Source: Naegleria gruberi
Taxonomy: Eukaryota
Length of the DNA stretch: 64,000 nucleotides
Direction: 5' to 3' (one strand)
NCBI GenBank assembly: GCA_000004985.1
Contig: GG738877.1
Numbering within the stretch: the stretch's first letter is position 1; every line of letters starts with the position of its first letter. The notes beneath the pieces are model-generated. The model made no database searches. It saw only the letters and a list, made by a program, of their open reading frames with translations, and was not told where the DNA came from. This document shows, in pieces, positions 33,362 through 44,839 of the stretch. The translations under genes were made by a program, and so were the position numbers.

Positions 33362-33637
33362 TTAGACACCAGTGGCTGCTAATCCAACACGTCTTAAATA
33401 TCGTTTCTTGGATTTAGAATTAAGCACCCAATTACCCGCTGTAGCAATAATCACCTCAGAAACTCCCTTAGAAGCCAACTCGGTGGCTGTACCTATACGA
33501 AAGCTATGTCCAGAGACATGATTAGTTCCTACGGACATTGCATTCTTAATAATATATGATAGATCAGTTGTTTCTAAATACAGGTCGTCGAACAAAGAGA
33601 ATAATGGAGAATCTCCAGACTTGAAATGTTTAACCAT
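33362..33637 (-). pseudogene. tyrosine recombinase C-terminal catalytic fragment (box II)
   Basis: GHSFRIGTATELASKGVSEVIIATAGNW...KRYLRR. This is the H-x-x-R...G-N-W...Y tyrosine-recombinase signature. Confidence 0.65.
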
Positions 33638-33747
33638 TATCGAAGTTTACTGTGATAAATGGAATACCTAGGAGTTTTGTTAGACTTCCATCAAGGTTTG
33701 GTAAAAATTCCAGAAGACAAAAAGATTACAGCTTTAGAATTCATAGA

Positions 33748-33972
33748 TCAAGAAACAATTGGATGGATGGACAGGTTCTGATTATTTATATTCCATAAAA
33801 TGGGAGTATGTCAATGCACTAAGCCGCAGCAATAAGCTTGCAGAGTATCGAGTATTGCTTAGAACTTTTGCTGTTAACTAAAAAACTTACCAATTATCAG
33901 ACATTACAAGAAATTTCACAATTAATTACGAAGAACTAGATTGTTTTCTGTTAAAGCAACAATGTATTACTT
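33748..33972. repeat. left copy of a ~225-bp inverted repeat pair; partner at 37972-38207
   Basis: I aligned it by hand against the reverse complement of 37972-38207. The match is near-identical, with a few substitutions and one ~6-nt indel. It covers caagaaacaattggatggatggacaggttctgattatttatattccataaaatgggag... Confidence 0.8.
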
Positions 33973-35939
33973 AATTATTAATAAATTTATTTTTAAAAAA
34001 TCCTTGTGTTGAATCTATCGGATAATCCGGATCCAGGATTCACGTTTTTATTGGAATCTTGGATCCAACTGATCCGTGTGGGATTTGGATCAAGGATTTT
34101 CCATCCCCTAGGTGTAGGGAATACTTGTTGTGCATTATGTTGTGGAGGTCTAGTATTAATTAAAAGATTGATTCTGTTTATTGGTTTTATCTTTTTATCT
34201 TTATTCATCATCTCTTTTGGGGTTTTCTTTGGAATGATTGTTTACTATTTTGAAACAGAAGACATTCTAGAATTAGATATAGATTAATAGACTTCCGGAA
34301 AAAGTTTTGCTAAAAGTCGACTTTTTTAAGGTACTTTCACGCTAATTTGCAAAAAGGCGCCTAAAAGGTGCCTTTTTTACTAAAAACTACTTGAAACACA
34401 TCCAAAGTTTGTTCAAGAAAATCTTGAGCAACTTTCAAACTGTTTTCAAATAATTCCTCAAAACGTTCAAGTATTTGCTGAAAAAACCCCAAGGGCCTTC
34501 AAACTTCTGAACTCACTCTCTTTCTTAACTATATCCCATCCAAAAAATCCACCAATTCCTTAAGAGATCCAAGGTTTTTGAATGTCACCTGGTAATTGTT
34601 CTATAATGTCCTTTAACTCGGCACTCATAATTGCAGAGTAGAGGTCACCATCAGATTTTTTAAATAGATTAAAAATATTTTTTGCCCATAGTAGATTGCA
34701 TTTTTGTATTTTGGGCGTAAGTTCCTCTATAGTTGAAAATAAAGTTGTGTTTTCCATTCCGTCAATACTACTCAGTGCTGATGCTAACGTGAAAAGAGCC
34801 ATATCAGAGTTGGAGGCTGAATTAGTTGGACAGGAGGCAAAAGAGCTTTGTGATAGGGATCTGGTGAGAATCATAATGTATTTTTTTTTAAGTCTAAAAT
34901 TATTGGTTGCCAAGACTCCAAGTTTGCAATGTCGATAATGGCTGAAAATGCAAAAAATCAAAGAACTGAAGAAGGGAATTCGCTGTGGGTTTAATCAATT
35001 TTTTGAAATTAGGCAACATACAAGACTCCACCAACAGAGTATTTTGTTCAATTCCATACGGTGATTGGGTCAAAGTGCTTACTGGAATGTTATCAAAGAA
35101 TACCACATTTCCATTTAGTTTTACTTTACGAGAGTGGATAGATATAATTGAGATACTAAAAATGTTCGAATTACCTTTCCATTATTGGAAATATTTGACT
35201 ATGCAATCCCCATACGCTCTATTAGCCCTTCATCTACATTTATCCATATCTGAAAACTTGAGTTGTGAACATAATTATTTATTGGGATTAAAACCTGATA
35301 TGTATTGGTTTTCAAGTTGAAAAAATAACAAAACAAGGAGATTTGTTGGATCAGGCATTCACAAACCTATGGAAAAACTCTTTACATATCTTTTTCGGGA
35401 CTGATACTGAAGCTGTGAAATGGTTTGTTCAAAATGACAAGGATAATTTCTTTTCTTGGAACACAACAATCACTTCTTTACGCAAATGTTTACGTTAAGG
35501 TATTGAGAACTGCCTAGAGAAATTTAAAACTATTAAAAACAAATGTGTTACGTTCTGTTACTTATATTGTAGGAAACAACAACGAGATTATGGGCAAAGA
35601 TTAATCAATTCCTTACTACCAATCTTATTTACTGTTTTGCTTGGTGTTGTTGATTTTTGTGCCTTTCAGGGTAATTCTATTATCCTAGATTCTACTGCTT
35701 TTGCTGTAGACACTGGTTTATCAATTGCTAATGCTATACTTTCACTCGCCTCTTCGATAGGGAATGCAGTCCTCCCAATGCAGCAAGTGTTTATAACTCA
35801 ATCGTGAAAGCACTTGTTGATGCTGTTGATTCAGGAGGTGGTTTGTTTACAAAGTTCCCTCCTTCAAGTATTGAAAAAGATTGTCCTTCATAGAGTATAA
35901 TGAAGGGCAATCTTTCTTGGATAATCTACTTTGATACTA

Positions 35940-36639
35940 GATTACGATAAATTATAGAGGTCTCCAGGTCTTGCTAATAATCTGAAACCAATAATTAAAA
36001 TGGCTGTAGTTAAATTAAATGTGAATTCATCGTGGGAAGCCACGGAATCAATATAATTCTTAATATCATAAGCTGAAACTCCATTTCTTTTTAGTTTCTT
36101 TCTATCAACAATGTAAGTATACCTTAAGTCCTTTCTTTAGTCTAGCAAAACTATTGGGAACATTAAGTTTCCAACCTTCAACGTTGAAGAACGAGAAAGA
36201 ATTGAAGAGCTGGCTTCAAATTGTTTAAATCATACCCTTTCTTATTAACTGAAAGGTAAGCTGCAAAGCATTCTATTGCATAAGGATTAGATCTTGGAAT
36301 ATTGTGAATCACTAAGAACCATTGGAAAGCTCCATAAACTTTGGAATATTTCTGAATGGTTGAATTGGCTAGAGAAATTGATAGGTAATTTCTCATCAGT
36401 AATATAGTTGACCGTTCACTTGAGCTACCAGGAATGTTTGATCTTCGAAGTTGTTGAATAATTCGGTGTACGGATCCACGATAAGCATTCTTCTTGGAAC
36501 CTTTCTTACTTTTAAGGATATCCTTAATAGTATTGGGAACCAATGAGAAGTTGGCCACTCCGGCACTACAAAAGTTCCCTTCGCTCTCTAATTTGATTAG
36601 ATGGAAAAGTGCTTGGGGAATCAGACCTAAAGGAGGCAC
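35940..36639 (-). pseudogene. tyrosine recombinase N-terminal core-binding domain and box I; ends at a stop
   Basis: Core-binding-like block: STIQKYSKVYGAFQWFLVIHNIPRSNPYAIECFAAYLSVNKKG. A second frame reads ...AILIIGFRLLARPGDLYNLS*, which is box I with the Arg. Confidence 0.55.
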
Positions 36640-36651
36640 GCAATAATTCAG

Positions 36652-37817
36652 TTAGTCTTTCTCCCAGGGTTGACCGAATGCATCGGTTTCCATCCAACTG
36701 TTGTATGTTATTGTCACGGCGAATGGGTCTACTGTATGGTGACCGAATTCTTCTACCAAATCTATCAATTCTTGCGAAGATTTCCAATCTCCTAATCTGC
36801 TTAGTCTGTCTGCAATCTTGTTTTCTCTTGATGGGATGTTGACTACTTTGCTGATGTGCCAATCTTCTTTGATTAAGATTATCCAAATGTCTCTTGCAAT
36901 TTCGGATAAATGACTGAGATAGCCGTAACCTTTTGCTACATAAGATAGAGCTGTAGAGTTGTCCCCTCTTATTTCAATGTGAGTATCTTTGGGAAACAAT
37001 CTCAATCAGCTTGCTTCTTTGAAGAATTGAAATATCGCTATCAATTCTTTCACGTTGAATGATGAATCTATTTCGAACTTGCCTACGACGATAGTTTTTG
37101 AGGAGTGGATTGCAAATCCTTCCAGAGATGCATCTGAATTGATTATTATTGACTCTGGAGCGTCGAGTATTAACCAAGAGCCTTTGGATGATTGGATAAT
37201 TTTTCGTAATACCCTCAAATCTTTGGCAGGGCCTCGATTCACTAGCATACTTCCTTTTGAATCTACTCTTATTGTCATTTGCTTTCTTAAACTATCCAGA
37301 AATGGTCTGATCGCCGGATCTGCCAGAGATAGAAATTCCATCTTTCCAATAAACTTGGCTATGAATCTTGTTTGTGCTTAAACCGAACGGAAGGCATTGA
37401 AAGTGGTATGTTTTGCCTTCGAAGATGAATCCTAATAGGACTTTGTTGTTTCCTTACTGGAACTTGAAAACAACCTTTCTTTAAATCCAACTTGCATGCC
37501 CACATCCCTTTTCTTATGAATTTCATAACTTTTTGAATGGATTCCATCTTGAGTGAGTCTGTGCTTTTGCCATCGTTTATCTTTCTTAGGTCCAAGATAA
37601 ACCTCTATTCGGCTGAACCTTTCTTTGGGACAACGTTGATAGGATTTAGAACTGGATTTAAAGAATAGGTTATAATTTGGTTTTGTAACATGGAGTCAAT
37701 CTCTCTCCTTATCCATGCTTTCTCTTTCTGAGAGAACTCCTCTGGTGGTAGTTTTTCCATTGGCTGGAATCTGAATCGCTTCAAAACCACCAGAACCGGC
37801 ACCCAATTTAATGGCAA
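36652..37817 (-). pseudogene. reverse transcriptase plus RNase H of the YR-retroelement; frameshifted
   Basis: RT blocks: LNPINVVPKKGS, KLDLKKGCFQVPV, YHFQCLPFGLS. RNase H blocks: NSDASLEGFAIHS, GDNSTALSYVAKGYGY, HISKVVNIPSRENKIADRLSR. The pieces are spread over at least three frames. Confidence 0.75.
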
Positions 37818-37971
37818 TATAATTTAAGTCAGCAATATTCTGGATGAATTCAATAGCTTGAAGCCATTCAACTAAATCAAAAGAGTACCATTTCTCAATC
37901 TTTTACAAACTTGTACAATAATGTGAGATTGGGCTAGTAGTAAAGGATAACCTTTACTTCTAAATTCTTTT

Positions 37972-38207
37972 GAAGTAATACATTGTTGTTTACACTTGCT
38001 TTAACTGGAAAACAATCTAGTTCTTCGTAATTAATTGTGAAATTTCTTGTAATGTCTGATAATTGGTAAGTTTCTTCGTTGACAGCAAAAGTTCTAAGCA
38101 AAACTCGATACTCTGCAAGCTTATTGCTGCGGCTTAGTGCATTGACATACTCCCATTTTATGGAATATAAATAATCAGAACCTGTCCATCCATCCAATTG
38201 TTTCTTG
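37972..38207. repeat. right copy of the inverted repeat pair, lying immediately 5' of the RT fragment
   Basis: Reverse-complement match to 33748-33972. Identity decays at both ends (about 37970 and 38210). Confidence 0.8.
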
Positions 38208-38904
38208 TTCTTCTTTAATTTCCTCTCTTTGATTCTTTTAATTTGCCTAATTTGACATATCAGTCTAGTGCCTTTTTGTCAAATTGTAAAAAATAATCAC
38301 CTTGTTTCAATATTGTCAGTTCATCATTTAAATTAATATCTTCTGATTCATTAAATTGAGAAAGTATTTGGAAGATAATTGACTTGTTTCTGAGCAAAGT
38401 TGTAATTGTTTTTGTTTGTCAAATCTTCTAGCTCTTGCAACATCACACGAGTACTTATTTGCAAAAGTAAGATGTCATCTTTATCCATAAACATAGATAC
38501 AAGTCTTGATTTCAATTCTTTAACATCTTTACCAATTCCTGAGAATGTTTATTTATTAACGTTTGAAATTGTTCCATTAAAAATTGGAAGTGCAATACAC
38601 AAATGTTTATTCATATGATTTTACATTGAAAAGTGTCGAGAAACATTAATAAGGCAAGCCCGTATTCTTTACCGTACTAAAAGACCATCCAAGATTTAAA
38701 CATTCATTTAGATTTTTTTCAAAATCTAAAGAAAGTGTTTCAGAATTTTTCCTTCTGAAACTTTCATCAAATAGAGTAAACTAGTTTGATAATAATAAGC
38801 ACGTATTCTCTTAATTACTAAATTATAAACATGCCTATCTTATCTCGAATACTTGCTTTTTTTAAATTAATTGTTCAAGAATTTAAGGAATTAGGCGGGA
38901 AAAA

Positions 38905-40245
38905 ATGAGCACAAATACAACAACATGGCAATCATCCACAAATAAACAACAATACAAGCACCTCCATCGATCGGCAACACAGATACAGGTATGTTGTTGT
39001 GTAATTTTCTTATTGTTATAATGAATTAGAGCCAATGGAGAGGTCATAAAACAAGGAAACAGATCACAGATTGGGCAATGAAGGAATTTGAAAATATTGT
39101 GATGGAGATCGAAGGAAAGGATTCGGAAATATCTTGGAATTCATCGAAGTTGCATTCCTTACCAATGCCATCTGTTTCAAATACAAAATTGAGGTAATTT
39201 TCAAAGAATTTAAATATTTGAATTAAAAATCGGAAATTGATAATCAAATAATGTAGTGAGGATGAAAATGATTTGGATAGGATTCTATCAAACTTTGTAA
39301 ATAGGAATGATGCTTCACCTTCATCGTCATCAAATGAACCATCTAATCAACCAATATTCATGAAGAATGCTCAGAAATTATTCGAGGAAAAACTGAAAGA
39401 AGCATTTCAGGAACCCTCGGTTCAAACCCCAGAACCTCAAACTCTAAATACTGGTATGAATACATCCGTAATGAACATTCCTAAAATTACAAAAGAACAG
39501 GAAATTCAAACAGAAACACTCAGAACCTCAATAATATCTAAAGAACCTCTGCAAGCAATAACTCCTCAAAATAGAAGACTTGTGACAGTTTCCACAAACA
39601 CCAGTATTGCATTTGATGGAATTCCAAAAATTCAAGAACAAAAAACTCAAGATTTATCTATTGAAATACCTCTCGAAGATACTTCATCAGTTCAATCACA
39701 AGAAGATTTGTCAGACATGTTAGATGAAAGTGCCATAATGATGTCTAATTTGGACATGCTTAAAAGTTTTGATTTCTCAGAAATGAAGAAATCATCAGAT
39801 AGCACCATTTCAACCCAGGCACCAACCAAATCAAAGGAGCCATTCATGCCTCAACAACCAATTCAATCAAAACAAAATGTTTCAAACGATTTCAGTACAA
39901 CTAGATTGAAACAGAGCCAAGAAATTCCACCATCCAAAAACAACTCTATCCTTTCCAATAATAATACTACCAACAATTCTATCAAGTCCAATTTGACTGC
40001 CTCTGTAAATCAAACCACTCCCTCACCTAGCTCATCACAAACTAGTGAAAAATTGCAACAACAGCAAAAACAAGCCAAACAAGAATTACAACAACAAATG
40101 AACATGCTACGATATGAAATTCAATTGGCTGAGGAAGCCTATTCGAGGAGAAAAAAGGTAAGTTGTCTATTTTCATATTTCGAGATTTGTTTACATTTTC
40201 AATGAATAGGAACTTGTTGAAGAAAGGAAGAGGCACATTAGGTAA
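38905..40245 (+). CDS. IQ-motif-containing S/T/N-rich coiled-coil protein, 4 exons
   Basis: Exons are 38905-38988, 39030-39193, 39257-40157 and 40210-40245, with GTATGT, GTAATT and GTAAGT donors and TAG acceptors. Exons 1 and 2 read MSTNTTTWQSS...ATQIQ|SQWRGHKTRKQ, which is an IQxxxRGxxxR motif. Exon 3 carries a C-terminal coiled coil. Confidence 0.55.
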
Positions 40246-40345
40246 ATAGTAATTGACATGATATCATCATTTAGCACTGCGAGTATAATTCCACAATAAA
40301 CAATACATCTATTTAATCCAAAAGCCAATAATTCCTTATTGTTAT

Positions 40346-40849
40346 TTATTGTTGTGCTGACTTGGCAGCAATATATTCCTCGATTAATGACTTCATACTC
40401 TTCTTTTCTCTCATAGCCTTCAACTTTAATTCGTGCTTTTCCTTCATTGTGAGACGAACGTGTTGTGGTAAATGTTGAGTACCTTCAGGGAACAATTCAG
40501 CGGTGGAGACTGATTTGACTGAAAGTAAAAGTCTACATTTATAAATTAAACCTCTAATTTGTGGAGAGTCCTTATGTACTTGAATTTGATGAACTTTCTT
40601 TAATTTGAGTACCTTTATCGAGTCTTGAACATCTTCGGTTTGATGGAATGGACTTTTTACCAAAGTAATAAAGAACAATCTGCCTCGAGCAACTTCCTCG
40701 GATGCTTGTTGTTGTTGTTCAAAATTGCAAGCAGAAGTGGAGAAGAGACGAGGTGTTGTTGAGAGTGAGTTTAAGAGTGAGCAATTAATGTTTTGTGTTT
40801 TGGTAATATTTCGGACGACGCCGCATGATGATGAGATGAAGCTTTTCAT
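40346..40849 (-). CDS. mitochondrial ribosomal protein L30 (uL30m)
   Basis: It has a presequence-like N-terminus. The L30 ferredoxin-like core is LFFITLVKSPFHQTEDVQDSIKVLKLKKVHQIQVHKDSPQIRGLIYKCRLLLSV. Confidence 0.65.
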   Translation of the reverse strand: MKSFISSSCGVVRNITKTQNINCSLLNSLSTTPRLFSTSACNFEQQQQASEEVARGRLFFITLVKSPFHQTEDVQDSIKVLKLKKVHQIQVHKDSPQIRGLIYKCRLLLSVKSVSTAELFPEGTQHLPQHVRLTMKEKHELKLKAMREKKSMKSLIEEYIAAKSAQQ

Positions 40850-40953
40850 TTTTTTGAATTTGTAAAAGAATAAAAATTTAATTTTATTATTTTCTAGTCT
40901 AATTGCTAAAGAGTAAAAGAATACCTAAATATTATATTCGAATACCTACTTGC

Positions 40954-42087
40954 TTATCTTCTTCTATAATCATGTTGAGATCTACTATAGGAATCAGAGT
41001 GATGTCTATCACGGTAATCATCACGATGATAGGAAGAGGATGACGAAGAATGATGATTGTCAAAGTCTCTTCTATCTCCTCTGTCTCTGTATCCTCCACC
41101 TCCACCATTGTAAGATGATGATCGTCCACCACCTCCAGATGAATATCTATCATCATGACCTCCTCTATTATCCCTTCTATTGTCATGTGAGGAACTTCTA
41201 TTATCGTGTGAATAGTATGAAGATGAGCTACTACTGCTTGGAGCGTAGCTAGCTGGTTCTGAAGGTTGTGGAACTGGTTCATTTTCTGGCCTCTTTCTTT
41301 TCAGTTCATAGTAGTCATTGTAATCATTTCCTTTCATTTGTTTATAGTGATCTCTGTCAGCAATTAATTGTCTCTTGTCATTAAAAGTTCTATTTTCTCT
41401 TAATTCTTTCAATTTTTCTCTAACTTTTTGGAAACCCAAGTGAGCCTTACCAGCAAAGTGATCAGCCAATCTCTGGTCACTTTCATTTACACTCAATAAG
41501 GCACCACAAATTTCACAGACAATAAGTTCTTGTGTATCTCCGATTTTTTGTGTTGGGGCTTTAGCTTCCACAGTTTCCTTTTCCTTCTTTAAACTATCCA
41601 ATCTTTCCATGAGTTTGTGTGCTTCTTCATATTCTCCTTCCGTTGTTAATTCTTCAATTTGTTTTGTTACTTTATCAATTTCCTTCTTGATATTTTGTAA
41701 TTCCAATGGTTCGTTATTCTTATTTAAATCCTTTTTATGTTGTACATCCAATCTCGATTGTGCTTTAGCAATTTTTTCATCGCAATTATCTTGTATTTGT
41801 GCTAATATTTGTTCCAATTTATGTTCATAATCAAAGTTGAGAGTTTTCTTTTCCTCTTCGAATTGTTTTTTAAATTTCGGAGGAACAGGACAACAAAGAA
41901 ATGGACAAGGTCCCAAGTCGAATTTTGTATTTGGAAATAATTTATATGGACACAAGCCTAGTAGATCATATTTACAAACTCTTGGATCGGTAAAATGTTC
42001 AATGATTAAATCCTGTCGATCTCCATTCCTATTTACGCCCATCAATTCGTCCAACAAGGCGGAAAAGTTTCTAGTTGCTGTGATCAT
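40954..42087 (-). CDS. LUC7: LUC7-like U1 snRNP protein
   Basis: ALLDELMGVNRNGDRQDLIIEHFTDPRVCKYDLLGLCPYKLFPNTKFDLGPC matches the LUC7 N-terminal zinc-finger region. It has a coiled coil and an RD/RS/RY-rich C-terminus. Confidence 0.85.
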   Translation of the reverse strand: MITATRNFSALLDELMGVNRNGDRQDLIIEHFTDPRVCKYDLLGLCPYKLFPNTKFDLGPCPFLCCPVPPKFKKQFEEEKKTLNFDYEHKLEQILAQIQDNCDEKIAKAQSRLDVQHKKDLNKNNEPLELQNIKKEIDKVTKQIEELTTEGEYEEAHKLMERLDSLKKEKETVEAKAPTQKIGDTQELIVCEICGALLSVNESDQRLADHFAGKAHLGFQKVREKLKELRENRTFNDKRQLIADRDHYKQMKGNDYNDYYELKRKRPENEPVPQPSEPASYAPSSSSSSSYYSHDNRSSSHDNRRDNRGGHDDRYSSGGGGRSSSYNGGGGGYRDRGDRRDFDNHHSSSSSSYHRDDYRDRHHSDSYSRSQHDYRRR

Positions 42088-42298
42088 TTTTTTTATTAAT
42101 TTTTATTTTGGATTTATTGATATTTGAATGTGTATCGTTGTGTTCTAATAATATTATTATATTTATTGAATCAAAGCAAGATATTGGATATTGTTATCAT
42201 GATGATACCTATTGGTTTAAACACAATGGAACAAGATTACCATAAGAATTATGTAACGGTTCCCGCGCTAAGAGATTCATGAACAAATTGGAAAAAAA

Positions 42299-44727
42299 AT
42301 GAAGAGGAGTTTAGCTTCTTCATCTTCTTCATCTTCACCTCCAACAAACGCTAGAACAACAACAGAAAGCTGTTCATCAACACCTCCCAAGCAAAATGTT
42401 TCAGAGAGTAATAATAGTAATAATCCTCAACAATGTAGAACTCCAAAGAGAAAGATGATATCTCTGAAATCTTTGATGTCCAGTCTGCATTGCTCTCCGA
42501 TTAAACCAATCAATACCAACAACAATATTTCTGGATTGTATGATAGTAATGAAGATCATGTTGTGGCTTCTTCAAATAATTGTACAAGAATCACCACATC
42601 AATTAGTAATGCTGATAATAACCAGATTAGTAACAGAAATCAAGAGACTCACCTTACACCACCTTTATTCCCTGTTAGTGACGAATTAGATAGAAAGTTA
42701 ATGCCATCACCAAGGAAGAAAATCACACTTCGAGTTAAATCTTCCCCTAAGAATAGTACTAGTAGTAGTTCAGGAACAACAACACCAGCAGCAAAACATC
42801 ACGACAATACCAAAACACCCCTCACCATTTACAGCACGAGAGTAGCAGACTCTTGTTCATCATCTGATTACCACAGATCATCCACAGCAGTCGAATCACC
42901 ATGCCCATCACAACCAGTTGTTGAAAATATTCCCATGGATCAAGTAGTTGGTTTCTTCTTTTTATACGAAAGTCATGAAAGTTTGAAACAAGCAACTTAT
43001 TGTCAGGTTGTGCCATTAAGGAAAGGTAAAAGTTTGATATCAAGAAAGGGGGCTGATGAAGTAATTAGAAATAAGAAATTACCATCCTTTGATCATTGGA
43101 TTTGTATAGATAGGACTTATATTTCAAGAGTACATGCTCTAGTAGAGGTATCGAATGGAGAGTTTGTATTTGTAGAGGATCTCTCATCCTCAAATAGTAC
43201 TCACATTGTGGAAAAAACTGAAAAGAGGAAGATTAATGTAAATATTGAATCTAACAAGTTATACCAATTGAGGGATTGTAATTATATTCTTTTTGGAAAG
43301 TTATTATGTCAGTATAGAGAAAATTCAGAATTGAGTGAACAATCAGTATCTGAAGCTATGCAGGTTTATTACAAATCTTGTAATGCAACCAAGACACCAC
43401 AAAAACCAAAGAAAACTCCACAGCTTACCGCTTCTAGAGATGGATCTCAGAGACAGAGAATGTCAACAATACCTGAGACTCCTGAATTTAACAGACCTTC
43501 AAAACTTCCTTCAATAAGGGATAAAATTGTACCACCAACAGTTTATGCTGACAGAACATCCAAAACATCGGCATTGGCATTCGAAACACCAAAACGTATT
43601 CAAGAGTGTTTGAAAACTCAACAATCAGAAAATCCAATCCTCTCCATTGAACAAACCCCTCCATCCATATCTAAGCCATCCTCGAGCACATCGAGTGGTT
43701 TTGTAACACCATCCAATGTTGTAATAGTAGAAACTCCAAGCAATGGTTCATCAAATGATAAGAAAGACTCTCCCCAAGCTAGTGATCAGAGTGATCATCT
43801 CAACCTTACAGACATTGATCTTTCTTCTTTAAGCTTACCTGATGAATTATTTGAGGACATTGAAGAACATGAGGAAAAGAAACAGGAATCAACCTTAGAG
43901 GATGAAATGTTGGAGGATGAAATAGTTTTAACCGATTATGACGATGAAGAAGAAAATGAAAGGAAAAGATCGTTTGAGGATGAAGAGGAATCTTTTATTG
44001 CTCCAAAGAAAAAGAAGCTAAAGACAAAGAAGAGCGATCATCAAAGTCCACATATTTTATTTACTGGAATTTCACCAACAGAGGAAAATATTAAAGCTAT
44101 AGAAAGGTTAGGAGGCGTTCTAGTCGAAGAACCAGAGGCAGAGTTGTTAGCTTCAAGATTGACTCACCTCATAACAGACAAGATCAGAAGGTTTGTATTT
44201 TGCTTTTAATTATACGAAAACATTTCAAAATAAGAACTGTAAAATTCTTGTGTGCTTTGGGCAGTTGTCCAAATATTGTGACAGTGGAATGGTTGGAAAA
44301 GAGTGCCAGATCGAAATACTTTATTGATGAAGAAGGATACTATTTACAAGACTTGGAAGGTGAACAAAAATTCAACATGTCACTCATTGAGGTAATGAAC
44401 AGAAGGGATAGACTTTCCCGTAAGCTTTTTCACAAAATGAGTTTCTTCCTCACTAGCAATATTCAACCACGAGTGGAAGAAATGAAATTAATTATTGAAT
44501 GCAATGGTGGAACAACTATACCAACTCTGAACGGTCTCAAATCTGAACTTGGAATCCATAACAGAGTTTTTGTAATCACTACTGAAAATGATGTAAGTGT
44601 TCGAAAATTTCTTTTTTTACTAAATTTTAAAAGAGAGCTTATTGTACCAAGAGCCTATTTCCAATATTTTCTGATTTTGGAGTGGAAAATTTGGAAAATC
44701 ATTTCTTTACCAACGAATTTATTCTAA
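42299..44727 (+). CDS. FHA-domain plus C-terminal BRCT-domain protein (DNA-damage-response mediator-like), with at least 2 exons and an intron at 44191-44234
   Basis: The FHA-like core is VVPLRKGKSLISRKGADEVI...DRTYISRVHALVEVSNGEFVFVEDLSSSNSTHI. The BRCT domain spans the splice: ILFTGISPTEENIKAIERLGGVL...THLITDKIRR|TVKFLCALGSCPNIVTVEWLEKS. Confidence 0.65.
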
Positions 44728-44839
44728 CCTCTGTCATCAATCAAAATATTATTAAGAACAGTATTACAAAGTTTAACATTCACCCAACACAAAATAATGG
44801 ATCTAACTTTTCCAAGCTGGTAATTAAAAGAAAATAATT

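Larger units (their letters stand above)
33362..38207 (-). mobile_element. degenerate composite tyrosine-recombinase retrotransposon (DIRS/PAT/Ngaro-like), minus orientation. The order is RT, RNase H, YR N-domain, a ~2.3 kb insertion, then the YR C-terminal catalytic domain
   Basis: The RT, RNase H and YR motifs are listed in the three pseudogene entries below. The ORFs are in different frames with stops, so this is a decayed copy. Confidence 0.75.

Noticed and set aside
34370-34395. tgccttttttactaaaaac resembling the U5 snRNA loop-1 motif
   Set aside because: It lies inside the retroelement insertion and is part of the palindrome. There is no flanking U5 secondary structure or Sm site. It is coincidental.
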